DNA of 64,000 nt from Octopus vulgaris (taxonomy: Eukaryota). The notes under the pieces were generated by a model. That model ran no database searches. It saw only the letters and a list, made by a program, of their open reading frames with translations, and had not been told where the DNA came from. Numbering within the stretch: position 1 is the first letter of the stretch; each line of letters starts with the position of its first letter. The stretch spans positions 91,822,001-91,886,000 of the forward strand of contig OX597822.1 of the NCBI GenBank assembly GCA_951406725.2, read 5' to 3'. Shown one piece after another: positions 52,335-64,000 of this stretch. A program made the position numbers and the translations under genes.

Positions 52335-54990
52335 TTCTGTCTAAAGTGCCATAGACAGGGACCAGGGTACTGGAAGATGAACAAGTCTATTTTGACTTGT
52401 AAAGTCTTCCATGTCCAGGTTAAGGCATTCTCACCAGGAAACGAGATACTAGGGACTTTCCTATTGTATGAGTGATGCATGGTGCAGAGTGCTGGACTGA
52501 TCATAGGCTTTTGCGTGCCAAGGTGAATTTTGTTGTCAAGCCTAAGGTTAGAGCAAATAATGTCAAATTACCTTAACGGATTGATGTGAATAAACTTAAG
52601 ATTCCATCAGTACGCAGTGAGTTTGTGAGTGAGATTATTAATTTGTCCTGTGATGGAAGCTGGAAGTCATTCAAAGAAAGAGTGTAAGAGATTTGTAGTA
52701 ACATTCTTGGCTTTGCTGTAAAAAAACACCAGGATTGGTTTGATGATAATGATGAAGAAGTTAATCTTATCTTAGAGGAGAAGCGAAAGGCATTTAACAT
52801 GTTGCAAAATGTTGACATATCAACGAACAGGACAGTGGCCACATATTTCAAGGCTGTAAAAGCAACAGTGCAGAGAGAGCTATCGATGATGCAGAGAAAT
52901 TGAGTGATAGATGCGATGAAATCCAAGAAGCTTCAAATACTAACAATTCCAAACTATTTTACTCTCTCTTGAAAAAGGTTTATGGACCAGTTTCATCAAA
53001 GGTTGCACCACTTTGGAGCAAGGATGGCACAGAATTATTAACAAATCCTTAAGATATTGTTGGGAGATGGAAAAAACATTTTGATGAGTAGCTCAATAGA
53101 CCCACTGAAGTTGATCTCTCTTTTCTTGATAATATACCCGAGAGACCATTAAAACATCTTATAACAGAAGTTTCAAACCTGGCTGAAATAAAGGCAGCAA
53201 TCAGGAAATTGAACAATGGAAAAGCCCCGGGTATGGATGGACTAGGTGCAGAGATATATAAATATGGTGGTGATATCTTTGTGCAATGTTGACAGATGTA
53301 ATTCAGAGGGTTTGACAAAATGAAGAGGTTTCTCCAGATTGGCATGATGCAACTATGAAGATACTCTATAAATCTAAAGGTGGAAAGGATGTCTGTGATA
53401 ATTATCACAGCATCTGTCTGTTAGCTGTTGCTGGAAAGATTCTCTGTAGGGTAATGCTAGATAAATTGCTTCTGCACATTGCTGATGAGGTTCTACCAGA
53501 ATAGCAATGTGGGTTTATGGATAGTAGGAGTACTATGGATATGATATTTTTGGCTAGACAGTTGCAAGAGAAGTGCACCGAACAGAATATGGGCTTATGC
53601 CAGGTTTTCATTGACCTAACAAAGGTGTTTGATTCTATCAATAGACTTGCACTTTGGAAGATCCTGAAAAAGCTAGGATGCCCTGAAAAATTTGTGAGAG
53701 TGCTTAGACAATTTCATGACAAGATGGAAGTGAGAGTTAATGTTGGAGGTACATTAGATCCAATTTCTGTAGAAAATGGTGTAAAGCAAGGTGATATCCC
53801 TGCCGCTACACTGTTTGCTATATATTTCGCAATAGTCTTTCAAATAGCTTTTAAAGATTGCCCTGAAGGGGTCTATATAAGATATAGGACAACAGTTCTG
53901 CATTCTCACCTTGTTGAGTTTCTGTAAGCAGATGATTGTGACCTGTTGGCACATTCTCAGAAAGATTTCTGCAGCATGTCAGTGTTGGGTCTCCCTCCAA
54001 GATGTATGTGGAACCTTTTATAACTGTGAATGGTCAAAGGTTGGAGACTGTACCTAGATTTATTTATTTAGGAAGTACACCTTGAGCACTGCTGGTCTTG
54101 ATGATGAAATTTCATACAGAATCAGTAGGGCTAGCAGTGCTTTTGGTAGGCTTGATAGGCATCTGTGGAAACAATATATCTTCATAAATTAAAGTTAAAG
54201 TATATAACACATGTGTCCTCCCATCTTTGCTATATGGAAGTGAGACATGGGTTGTTTACTGTAAGCAGGTAAGGCAATTGGAACAATTTCATCAATACTG
54301 TCTGAGAAAAATTTGGGGTATAAACTGGAAAATGGCCATTAGTAATGAGGAGGTGCTTGAGAGGAGTGGCAGTAGAAGTATAGAGTCAATGATTTTGCAA
54401 AGACGTTTGAGGTGGGGGGGACATTTTGTAAGGATGAGAGATGAGTGACTGCCCAAGCAGCTATTGTATGGTGAGGTGGAAGATGGCAGGAGGCCAGCGC
54501 ATAAGCTTAAACTAAGGTTTAAGAATTGCTTTTAAAATGCTCTAATACAGACAGGAATTGCAGCAGGTAATTGGGAGAGAGAAGCACAAGACCATGATGG
54601 ATGGAGAAGGATAGTGCATGATGGTTGTTCAAGGTTCGAAAGGGAGAGAGTGAAGTATGAGAGAATTAAGAGGAGGCTTAGAAGCGGGGAGCCTGTGGAA
54701 AGTGAGAGAGTGTTGCTTTTTACGTGTGTGGTTTGTGGGCAGAGGTGTTTGCCATCAAAATTCTCATAGAAATCGACCCATGATAAACAATGATGTGACT
54801 ATTAAAATTCAAAACAGAAAGTGTGTAAAATGTGAAAAGGTGTCTCTCAGTTGGAGGTCTAAAAAGACATGTTAAGAGAGTGTATATGGTGGCATCTGTT
54901 TTTCCTGCCAGCAGCACAGTTGTCTAGTATGTAATAAAATGTGTAAAAGCTTGGCCGGGCTTAAAAGTCATATAAGGGCATCACATGGCA
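52335..54990 (+). mobile_element. Decayed RTE/BovB-like LINE ORF
   Basis: CWTDHRL, KKHQDWFDDNDEE, GKAPGMDG, FIDLTKVFD, GVKQG, FIYLGS, LLYGSETW, RLRWGGHFVRM, C-terminal C2H2. Confidence 0.9.
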
Positions 54991-55063
54991 ACAATCATGA
55001 ATCATTTCAGTAAGTCTTCTTGGCAATGGCTTTTCTCATGTAACGAGGATACAGCTGTGTGAT

Positions 55064-55117
<54 letters not shown>

Positions 55118-55204
55118 AATAATATACACACACACAAAAATACACAATACACACATGCATCAATACATCCAGGTACATATACACATACATATGTAGGTAT
55201 ATGT

Positions 55205-57107
55205 ATAGTCAATCAGGTGACACATGAAGGAGTCATACCCAATGACTGGTGTAGCAGCACCATAGTCAACTGCTACAAAGGTAAAGGTGACGTTTTAGAT
55301 ACAAATAATTACAGAGGTATCAAGTTGTTGGATCAGGTAATGAAAGTCACAGAGAGGGTCATAGCCCAACTACTTAGGGAGAGTGTCAGTTTAGATGAGA
55401 TACAGTTTGGGTTCATGCCAGGGAAAAGCACCACTGATGCTATATTTCTGGTAAGACAGCTGCAGGAGAAATACCTAACCAAAGATAAACCTCTGTACCT
55501 ACCTTTCGTTGACATGGACAAAGCCTTTGACAGGGTTCCCCAATACCTTATCTGGTGGTCAATAAGGAAACTAGGGATAGATGAATGGTTAGTGAGAGCT
55601 GTATAAGCCATGTACAGGGTTGCTGTCAATAAGGTGAGGGTTGGCAATGAGTACAGTGAAGTTTCAGCCCCCTCTTATTCATCATAGTCCTCCAAGCAAT
55701 AACAAAGGAATTCAAGACAGGATACCCTTGGAAGCTTCTCTATGCTGATGACCTTGCTCTAATAACTGAATCACTATCAGAACTAGAGGATAAATTTCAG
55801 ATGTGGAAGCAAGGACTAGAATCAAAGGGTCTTAGAGTCAACCTAGCAAAAACCAAAGTTTTAATAGGTAGTAAGGCTGACAAACCACTACATTCAGATA
55901 GATGGTCCTGCTCGATCATTAGAAAAGGTGTAGGTAGAAATTCCATAAGATGTACCCAGTGTAAGCTATGGACACATAAGAGGTGCAGCAATATCAAAGG
56001 AAGGCTAACTAGAAAGATAGTTTTTGTGTGTGGCAAATGCTCAGGAGCAATAAACACTGAAAATGTGCAGAGAACAGTTTCCATCACATTCCAGGGGTAA
56101 AACTACAAGTAGTTGATAGGGTCCATTACCTAGGTGACCTTGGTCACCTAGGTAATGGAAGTAGTGGGGGTGGATGCTCTGAAAGTGTAGCTGCTAGAAT
56201 AAGAAGAGCTCCTACCTCTGTTGGTGACAAAGGGCTTCTCACTCAGAGTAAAATGTAGACTGTATGAAGCATGTGTGTGAACAGCCATGCTACATGGCAG
56301 TGAAACATGGGCTGTACTGCTGAGGACATATGTAAGCTTACAAGGAATGAAGCCAGTATGGAACACTGGATGTGTAAGGTCAGTGTGATTCCAGCTGTAA
56401 GCACTCTCAGAGAAAAGTTGGACATAAAAAGCATCAGATATAGAGTGTAAGAGAGACAACTGTGCCTGTACAGTCACATGTTGTGAATGGATGAGGACAG
56501 CTGTGTGAAAAAGTATCACACCCTAGCAGTTGAAGGAACCTGTGGAAGAGGTAGACCCAGGAAGAGGTGGTGAAGTATGACCTTTGAACATTTGACCTCT
56601 CTGAGGCAATGACAAGTGACCAAAACCTTTGGAGATATGCTGTGCTTGAGAAGATCTGGCAAGCCAAGTGAGACCGTAACCATGGCCTATGACAGTGCTG
56701 CATAACCAGCCCATTTAAGAGTACCCTTCAAAAACTGGGGCAATAATCTCTGCTTGCGGAAACCTGTTGAGGCAAGTAAAATCATTGTCACGGCTGATGG
56801 TGGTACCATCTGACTGGCACCCGTGCCAGTGGAATGTTAAATGCACCATTCGAGCATGATCGTTGCCAGTGCTGCCTGAGTGGCACCTGTGCAGGTGGCA
56901 TGTAAAAAGCACCATTTCAGCCGTGCCAGTGGCATGTTAAAACACCCGCTACACTATCAGAGTGGTTGGTGTGAGGAAGGGCATCCAGCTGTAAAAACTT
57001 TGTCAGATCAGATTGGAACCTGGTGTAGCCTTCTGGCTCACCAGCCCTCAGTCAAAGCGTCCAACCCATGCTAGCATGGAAAGCAGACGTTAAATGACAA
57101 TGATGAT
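55205..57107 (+). mobile_element. RTE LINE 3' half with a (GAT)n-ended tail
   Basis: Same family as 7020-8585: NYRGIKLL, DKAFDRVP, LLYADDL, LHGSETW; multiple stops. Confidence 0.9.
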
Positions 57108-57241
57108 GTATGTATATATATATATGTGTATATATGTTTTTGTGTGTGTGTGTGTGTGTGTTTTTTTTTATATATTATATAATATATATATAATATATAT
57201 AATATATAATATATAATATATATATAATATATATAATATAT

Positions 57242-57288
<47 letters not shown>

Positions 57289-57336
57289 TATTAAAATTAC
57301 TAAGTCTCTCTAAAAGAGAACAACGGCAGCGTTTCC

Positions 57337-57437
57337 GGAAAATAATAGTTATCGCCATACTAATATGGCATTCTTATAAAAATAAGAATAAAGCTGTTCG
57401 CTTATTAGCTAACTTATTAGTATGGCGATAACTATTA
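57337..57437. repeat. Short inverted repeat within (TA)n
   Basis: ataatagttatcgccatactaat ... attagtatggcgataactattat. Confidence 0.7.
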
Positions 57438-57448
57438 TATATATATTA

Positions 57449-57532
<84 letters not shown>

Positions 57533-57691
57533 GGGGAGTGGTAGGTAAAGAATGCAAAGAGTCAAATACAAAGAACTGACAGGAAGGTCAGAATGGCTTT
57601 TGAATGAAAAGCACTCTAAATGTTGAGGAGTTATTTGATGGTTGGTCATTTGTATCATTCATGGCAACATGGGTAAACACACACACACACA

Positions 57692-57743
<52 letters not shown>

Positions 57744-58098
57744 CACACATTTATATACATACACACACATACACAGAGACATACATGTAGACATATATCA
57801 TCATCATCATCGTCGTCATTTAGCACCCACTTTCCATGCTGGCATGGATTGGATGGTTTGACTGGGAACTGGCAAACCAGAAGGCTGTACCAGGCTCCAA
57901 TCTGATCTGGCAAAGTTTCTACAGCTGGATGCCCTTCCTAACGCCAACCACTCCAAGAGTGTAGTAGGTGCTTTTTACGTGACACCAGTACAGGAGCCAG
58001 TCAGGTGGTACTGGCAACGACCATGCTCAAATGGTGCTTTTTAGATGCCACCAGCATGGGAGCCAATCAGGCAGCACTGGCAATAACATATATATATT

Positions 58099-58388
58099 GT
58101 GAAGTATATTTGCCACCTAAATGTGGCGGACCCAGAGAGGGTGATGCTACTGTTTTTTATAGCCCAGGAAGACATCTCCTCCAGATGGCTAACGACACAC
58201 TGTGTCTGATTAATATTCGCCTTACATGATACAAACAGATTTCCCTTCACAAATACTAATCAGACACAGACAGTGTGTCGTAAGCCAACTGGAGGCTATA
58301 AACAACAGCAGCATCTTCCTGGGGCTATAAACAGCAGTAGCATCGTCCCCTATGGGCTTTCCACATTTAGATGGCAAATATACTTCAC
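58099..58388. mobile_element. Fold-back/MITE-like element; partial extra copy at 58605-58687
   Basis: gtgaagtatatttgcca.ctaaatgtgg ... ccacatttagatggcaaatatacttcac; ~115 bp arms. Confidence 0.65.
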
Positions 58389-59701
58389 CATTCTGCGCTG
58401 CTACTGTTTACTTCTCGCTCAGTGATTTATTATTGCTTCTTTCTCTTTTTTGAGATCACCGACAGTTTGTCACTGGAAAAACCATATAGTATTTTGCATT
58501 TAGAATGAGTTCTCATCGCTAGCTGGTGATTATCACACACTGATGATGAGTTACTACTCAGAAACCGGGGTTTGTGTGTATCTTGTAAGGCTAGGGATGT
58601 GAATGATGATTTCCCTTTGCAAATACTTATCAGACACAGTGTGTCATTAACCAACTGGAAGAGATGTCTTCCTGAGGCTATAAACATAACTAACTCAGGA
58701 ACTTTTTGATACCACCTCATATTTATATCTGTTTCAGTTTATTTACTTGCATGTATGTTGAAGTGAATAACTTATGTACCTGTATTCATGTATGCACATC
58801 TATAAATGTGTAGTGATCTACATTTGTATGTATATTTGCATGTATATGCATAGATACATGAGTGTTTATTATGTGAGGGGAGGTGTATATCTATATACAC
58901 ATTTGTATATCTATATACAGTGCATCTACACACACATGTGTATGTACTTATATACCTTTGTGCCTGTATGTGGGTGCTTATATATGTGTGTGTAGATACA
59001 AGGACGTGCATGTGGGTGTTTGTGTTTATCTTTCTGTACATGTATATATGTGTGCATTTATTCTGGTTTAGATGTGTGTGTGTGTGTGTGTGTGTGTAGA
59101 CCAAGGGTAGAGTTTTTACCCTCAAACTATATCATAGTTCTGCATGTAACCAATATGTATTTAAATGCTTTCTGCAATAAATTTACACTTTATTTAATTT
59201 TTATTGGCTCAAAAAGCAGAAGCAAGGCCATGTAGGGGGACAGGGAGTTATGTACAGGGAGGATGGTCATACAAAGAGTACAGGTCATTTCTGGAAAAGA
59301 GAGACTTTGAACCGAGCAGTCGTCGGCATCTTCACTATCTCTTCCGGCAGCTAACATGATGCATGAACACTCTGCTTTGAAGACAATACTTCTCAAAGCA
59401 GAAGCAGTTAATAGCTAATATGTGTCTGTGTATGTGCATGCATGTGTGTGTGTGTGTGTACTTTTAAAAATTTTTTATTAATAATCAATAGAAGTTTCAG
59501 TGTCACTCAAGGGCTAAGCATTTCATGCATTGCCTTGTTACTCTGTAACTTCTGATAATTGTAATCATTAATTAAAAAAAAACTTATATATTACTCATGT
59601 TTTGAGTTTCACTTTCCTGTTTGCATCACCAAGACATACATGTATGTATAAAGTGTGTGTGTGTGTGTGTGTGTCTGTGTGTGTGTGCGTGTGTGTGTGT
59701 A

Positions 59702-60055
59702 TGAGGTGGGTACCCAGAAGTAACTGGAAATGTTCTCTGTGTGACAAGTTCATTGTAGTTCAGGCTTCCATTGGTAGAAGCCACTTGATGTGACCCTCAG
59801 GCATCAGTCTGCCAACTGGCATTGTCCAGTAAGGTCATACTGCCACATGTGCATCTTTGTTTTGCAGTGTTTCTCCTCTGTTCATCGATTTAGTGTGCTT
59901 CCATGAAATTCTGTTTTCTGCTGGGGAAAACAGTGGCCAAAACAATTGTCATACATCAAACAGCTTTCAATGACGCTGCCATGAGCAAAACACAAGTTTA
60001 TGAGTAGTTTTCACACTTTAGGAATGGTCACTTCTCACTTGAAAAGCAACCTCTA
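59702..60055 (+). mobile_element. Mariner 5' fragment, same family as 27623-28744
   Basis: Matches the reverse complement of 28520-28744; MKFCFLLGKTVAKTIVI..TAF..AAMSKTQVYE. Confidence 0.75.
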
Positions 60056-61074
60056 TGTATGCATGTACATATATACAAATATGTATACATGTACTTAAGA
60101 GATTATTTACATCTAGAATATGCTTCTCTTTCATTCAACTCTGTTGAATGCAGCATTACCTAGGAGGATTTGATGTCATCAGACAGTGTTCAATGACCAT
60201 TGTATGTTTTGAACCTGCACTATAACAGTAGGCCAAAAGTTGTAACAAATCAATGCTCATTAGCTCCTCTTTACTTTCAGCTAAATTACTCTCTCTTGCA
60301 CTTTGCAAAAGGCTAGGTTTTTTTGTTGTCTCTCTCATCCTGCACACAACTACCTTTTACTCTTTTCTCCTTATTCCAGTGTCTGTAAGTATTCCCCATA
60401 CTAACTGGATAAAGAATCCTCTACAGCCAAACTCAACTGGAAATAGCTATACCTGCCATTCTTCTCCCTGCCATCTGTAAAAGGTTCAGATACTTTATGC
60501 ACTTCCTTTCAGAATCTTGATCATACCATTCTTCCCATAGGTCTGTAATGTTGATCAGGATAATTTCCTTTGCTTCTCTGACCTCAAAACTATGCCCACT
60601 CTCAGGTTTGTCTAGATGACCTTAGGAAGTTACAGCTTTTCCTCTAATTTTCAAATCCATTGATTGAGCCTCTTACAGCGAACTGATTGTTCTTTTTGCT
60701 GTAATCAATAACTTTTCTCCTTCCCTCATGAACTAAATTTATGGTGTTGTTTTCCTTGGTTATTTGTGGTTCTTGTGTCTCTCTTGCTCCAGGGTATGAT
60801 GTTACCTGCATCTCCTTTACACCCTGACAAGATGTGTAGGTAGAGGAGTGAGTGGGTATGTTCACGAGATTGCAAAAAGAGGGAGATGGAAGGGAGGTGA
60901 ATGTGGGTAAGGAGGGGGTGTTGGGGAGATGGGATGAGGGGTTGGATTTGTCAGGGACAGGTTGTGTATGAGAGCATAGACACAAGCACATACCTTTATA
61001 GCATTGATCTTACTTAGCTGGATGGGTCTTCTTCAGCACAGCAAATTGCCAATTGTCTCAATTCATTGTCATCT

Positions 61075-62675
61075 TCGTGTGAAGATCATTTTTCACCACT
61101 TCATCTAGTGTTTTCCTCTTCCACAGATTCCCTCCCCATTCAGAGACTGGTACTAATTTATGCAGCTGTCTTCATCCACACGCATTACATGTCCATACCA
61201 GCACAGTCTTCTCTTTTGCACATTACATCTTATGCCTCTAATACCCATTTTTTCTCTCGAAATTTTGTCATACAAGCACAGCAGCATTGCATATCCAGTG
61301 GAGTATGCTGGCTTAATTTCTTTCAAGCCTTTGCATGTCCCCTTCATTCATAATTTGTGTTTCATTACCATGTAGTATAGCTGTTCATACACAGGCATCA
61401 TACAATCTGCCTTTCACTTTGAGGGAGAAGCCTTTTGTTACCTACAAAGGTAATAGCTTTCTGAACTTTGTCCAGCCAGTTCTGATTCTTGCAACTATGC
61501 TTTCAGAATATCCTCCTCCACAGCTAATTTGGTCACCTAGGTAATGGTAACTACCTACTGCCTCTAAAAAAAACCTGGGCATTTGAGGAAATCTATTTTC
61601 TGCGTGTTCTTAGTGCTTAAGGTTCCTGCACATCTGCCACATACAAAGACTACTATCTCTATTAACCTTCCTATGATTCCACTGTTCTTTTTATATGTCC
61701 ATAGCTTGCATTGGCTACACTGTATGGAATTTCTACCTACATCTTTTCTACATATTGAGGAGGTTCATTTCCATGAAGGGATTAGTAATTTTTCTGTGTT
61801 CTGCTTACTAGAACTTTGGTCTTTGCTAAATTGGCTCTAAGGTCCTTTGATTCAAGTCCTTGCTTCCATACCTGACATTTCTCCTTTAATTCTATTGGAG
61901 ATTAAACTATAAGAACAAGGTCATCAGCATAGAGGAGCTTCCAGGGGCAATCCATTTTAAATTCCCCTGTTATGGCTGGGATGACTATGATAAACTAGAA
62001 GGGGCTGAAAACCAATCCTTGGTGAGCTCCTACCTGCACACTAAGTTCGTTGCTATACTCACTGCTGATCTTCATCTTAATGACATCATCCCTGAACATG
62101 GCTTGGACAACTCTCACCAGCTTGCTTATCCATTAACCAACAGATGATGGAGTGAGGGACCCTGTCAAAGGCTTTCTACATATTGACAAATGTCAAGTAA
62201 AGTGGTTAAGTTTTGTCTTACTAGGAAGAAAGCATCAGTAGTGCTTCCACCTGGCACAAAATGAAGCTGCATGACATTTAAATTAACTCTCTTCCTTAAT
62301 TAGTCGAACTATGATCCTTTCTGTAATTTTCATGACCTGGTCCAGAAATTTGATACTTCTCTAATTATTTCTATCTAAAGCATCTTCTTTACTTTTGTGG
62401 CGGTTGAAAATAATGTTGCTACACCAGTTGTTGGGTATAACAACCTGATTAACTACATGGATTACTAAGTCATTCATCACTCCACCACATATTTTAAGCA
62501 TGTCAGCAATAAGTCCTGATGATCTAGGAGCTTTCCTTGTCTTTCTTCATTGCTTTATCTATCATGCTGCTGTCAACTCAGACAGCTGAGCCACATTAGG
62601 AACACTCTCCCTCTTCTATGCATTCTCCACATTTAGCAGCCTTTCATAGTGGCATTTCCATGCCTCTTTCTTTGC
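61075..62675 (-). mobile_element. Decayed RTE LINE fragment
   Basis: Homologous to 7020-7900 and 55205-56550; CPWKLLYADDL, RRLCWYGHVMR. Confidence 0.85.
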
Positions 62676-62746
62676 AAGTTATTTCTAACAGGGTGTTTTT
62701 TTTTTTTTTGCTTTCTGTCCAGACCTCTATCCTAAACTTGACTCAC

Positions 62747-62783
<37 letters not shown>

Positions 62784-63805
62784 AAGCAGATAATTGAAAC
62801 ATGTGATGATTTCCATAGTAAATATCCTCCTTGAATCTTTATCCTCTGTAATTATCAGAATGATTTCCATAATATCAAATTTTCCTAACCCTCCCACATC
62901 CTTCACACGACTAAAATCTTCAGATATATAGACAGGTAGCAGGACAGGAAAATGAAAAGACAGAAGAAGAGGAGAAAGAAACAGTGTGTGTGTGTGTATG
63001 AGTGTGCATGAGAGAAAGAGAGAAAATCAGATAGATAGATAGAGGAATGGAGTAAAGATAGAAGAAAGAGAAATTTATAAAGAGAAAGGAAGATTCATTT
63101 CACTGTGTGTGTGATAGAGTGAAAGTAAAAAAAAAAGTAGAGGGTGTAAGAAAAAGAGGTTGAGAATGAGACAGAGAGAAAGCATGAGTGAAGGAGTGGG
63201 AGAGAGGGATGGAGAATCTATTGACAGTAGCTTGAAACTTCTTATCTCAGTTGATTATCAATCCCCACTCACACTCTACCTAGCTCCACTCAGCTAACAT
63301 TAAGTAAAGTAAGCCACCGCTCTTATTCCAGAAGTAACATAATTTATCTAACACTTATGGCAGATCACCTTACATATATAGGGTTACAAATAAGGTTATA
63401 GACTGATTTGACATCTGCACTGAATGGTTTTAGATGAAGCTACTGATGATGATGATTGTGGTGGTAGTGATGATGATGGTAATGATGAAGATGGCTGTAG
63501 TAGTGATGATGGTGAAAATGATAGCAATGGTAATGATTGTAGGGGTAAGATGGATGATAGTAATCTGGTAGTAATGAATATAATGCAAGTGATGGGAGTA
63601 GGGTATTCCTGAAAGTAATGTTAATATAAGTGGCAAAATATAGCTGTGATGCTGTTGATGATGAGAATTATTTTAGCTTTGGCAAAAATAACATTATGTA
63701 ACTGAAAAAAAATTGTAAAGAATTTCTGTGCAAAACAGAGCAACTGTAAATAAAATTGATAAAATAAAAATAAGTAAATAAAGAATAATCAAGTCCAAGA
63801 CTTAC

Positions 63806-64000
63806 ATCATCACTGCTTTGGAATGAAGAATTTCCATTGAGAGAAAGTTTTCGTGAGTGACAGCATGCCACAGCAGCAATCTTAGCTGCTGGAGGAGACT
63901 TTACTTTTGCCTGACTTTTGTCTGTAGCAGGTAATCCTGAGTTGCCTGTTGATGAATCAGAGACAACAGATGTTGTAGTAGTACTGGTGGAAGTAAAGGA
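63806..64000 (-). CDS. Probable host-gene exon (partial), Ser/Thr-rich low-complexity protein segment
   Basis: 65 stop-free codons (SFTSTSTTTTSVVSDSSTGNSGLPATDKSQAKVKSPPAAKIAAVACCHSRKLSLNGNSSFQSSDD) ending at a phase-0 GTAAGT donor; non-repetitive. Confidence 0.6.

Noticed and set aside
63424-63636. Asp-rich and Ile/Thr-rich ORFs
   Set aside because: Degenerate (GAT)n repeat; splicing from the 63806 exon meets early stops

Overview
AT-rich eukaryotic genomic DNA, almost entirely transposon debris and microsatellites. The tRNA-derived SINE families and (TA)n/(CA)n load resemble an octopus/cephalopod genome; this is inferred from pattern recognition, not a search. No intact protein-coding gene is visible. 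One probable host exon lies on the minus strand at the right edge (63806-64000) and one weak candidate exon at 36349-36403, so the window is probably largely intron. Recognisable elements are decayed Penelope-like (PLE) retroelements, RTE and R4/Dong-type LINE fragments, a Gypsy gag-protease scrap, several mariner/Tc1/Tigger relics, a piggyBac with two related MITEs, non-autonomous Helitrons and many SINEs. The most interesting signal is a dispersed set of type-I hammerhead-ribozyme (HHR) motifs in PLE terminal repeats and in short (TA)n-embedded fold-back elements. Several have non-canonical but compensated cores (UUGANAA with a U3-A8 pair, CCGAUGA, possibly GUGAACA), and several have an extra nucleotide before stem II. 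There is also a ~1.9 kb near-perfect palindrome centred on (TA)n. Most ORFs in the supplied track are microsatellite artefacts. Repeat boundaries are approximate unless TIR/TSD coordinates are given.
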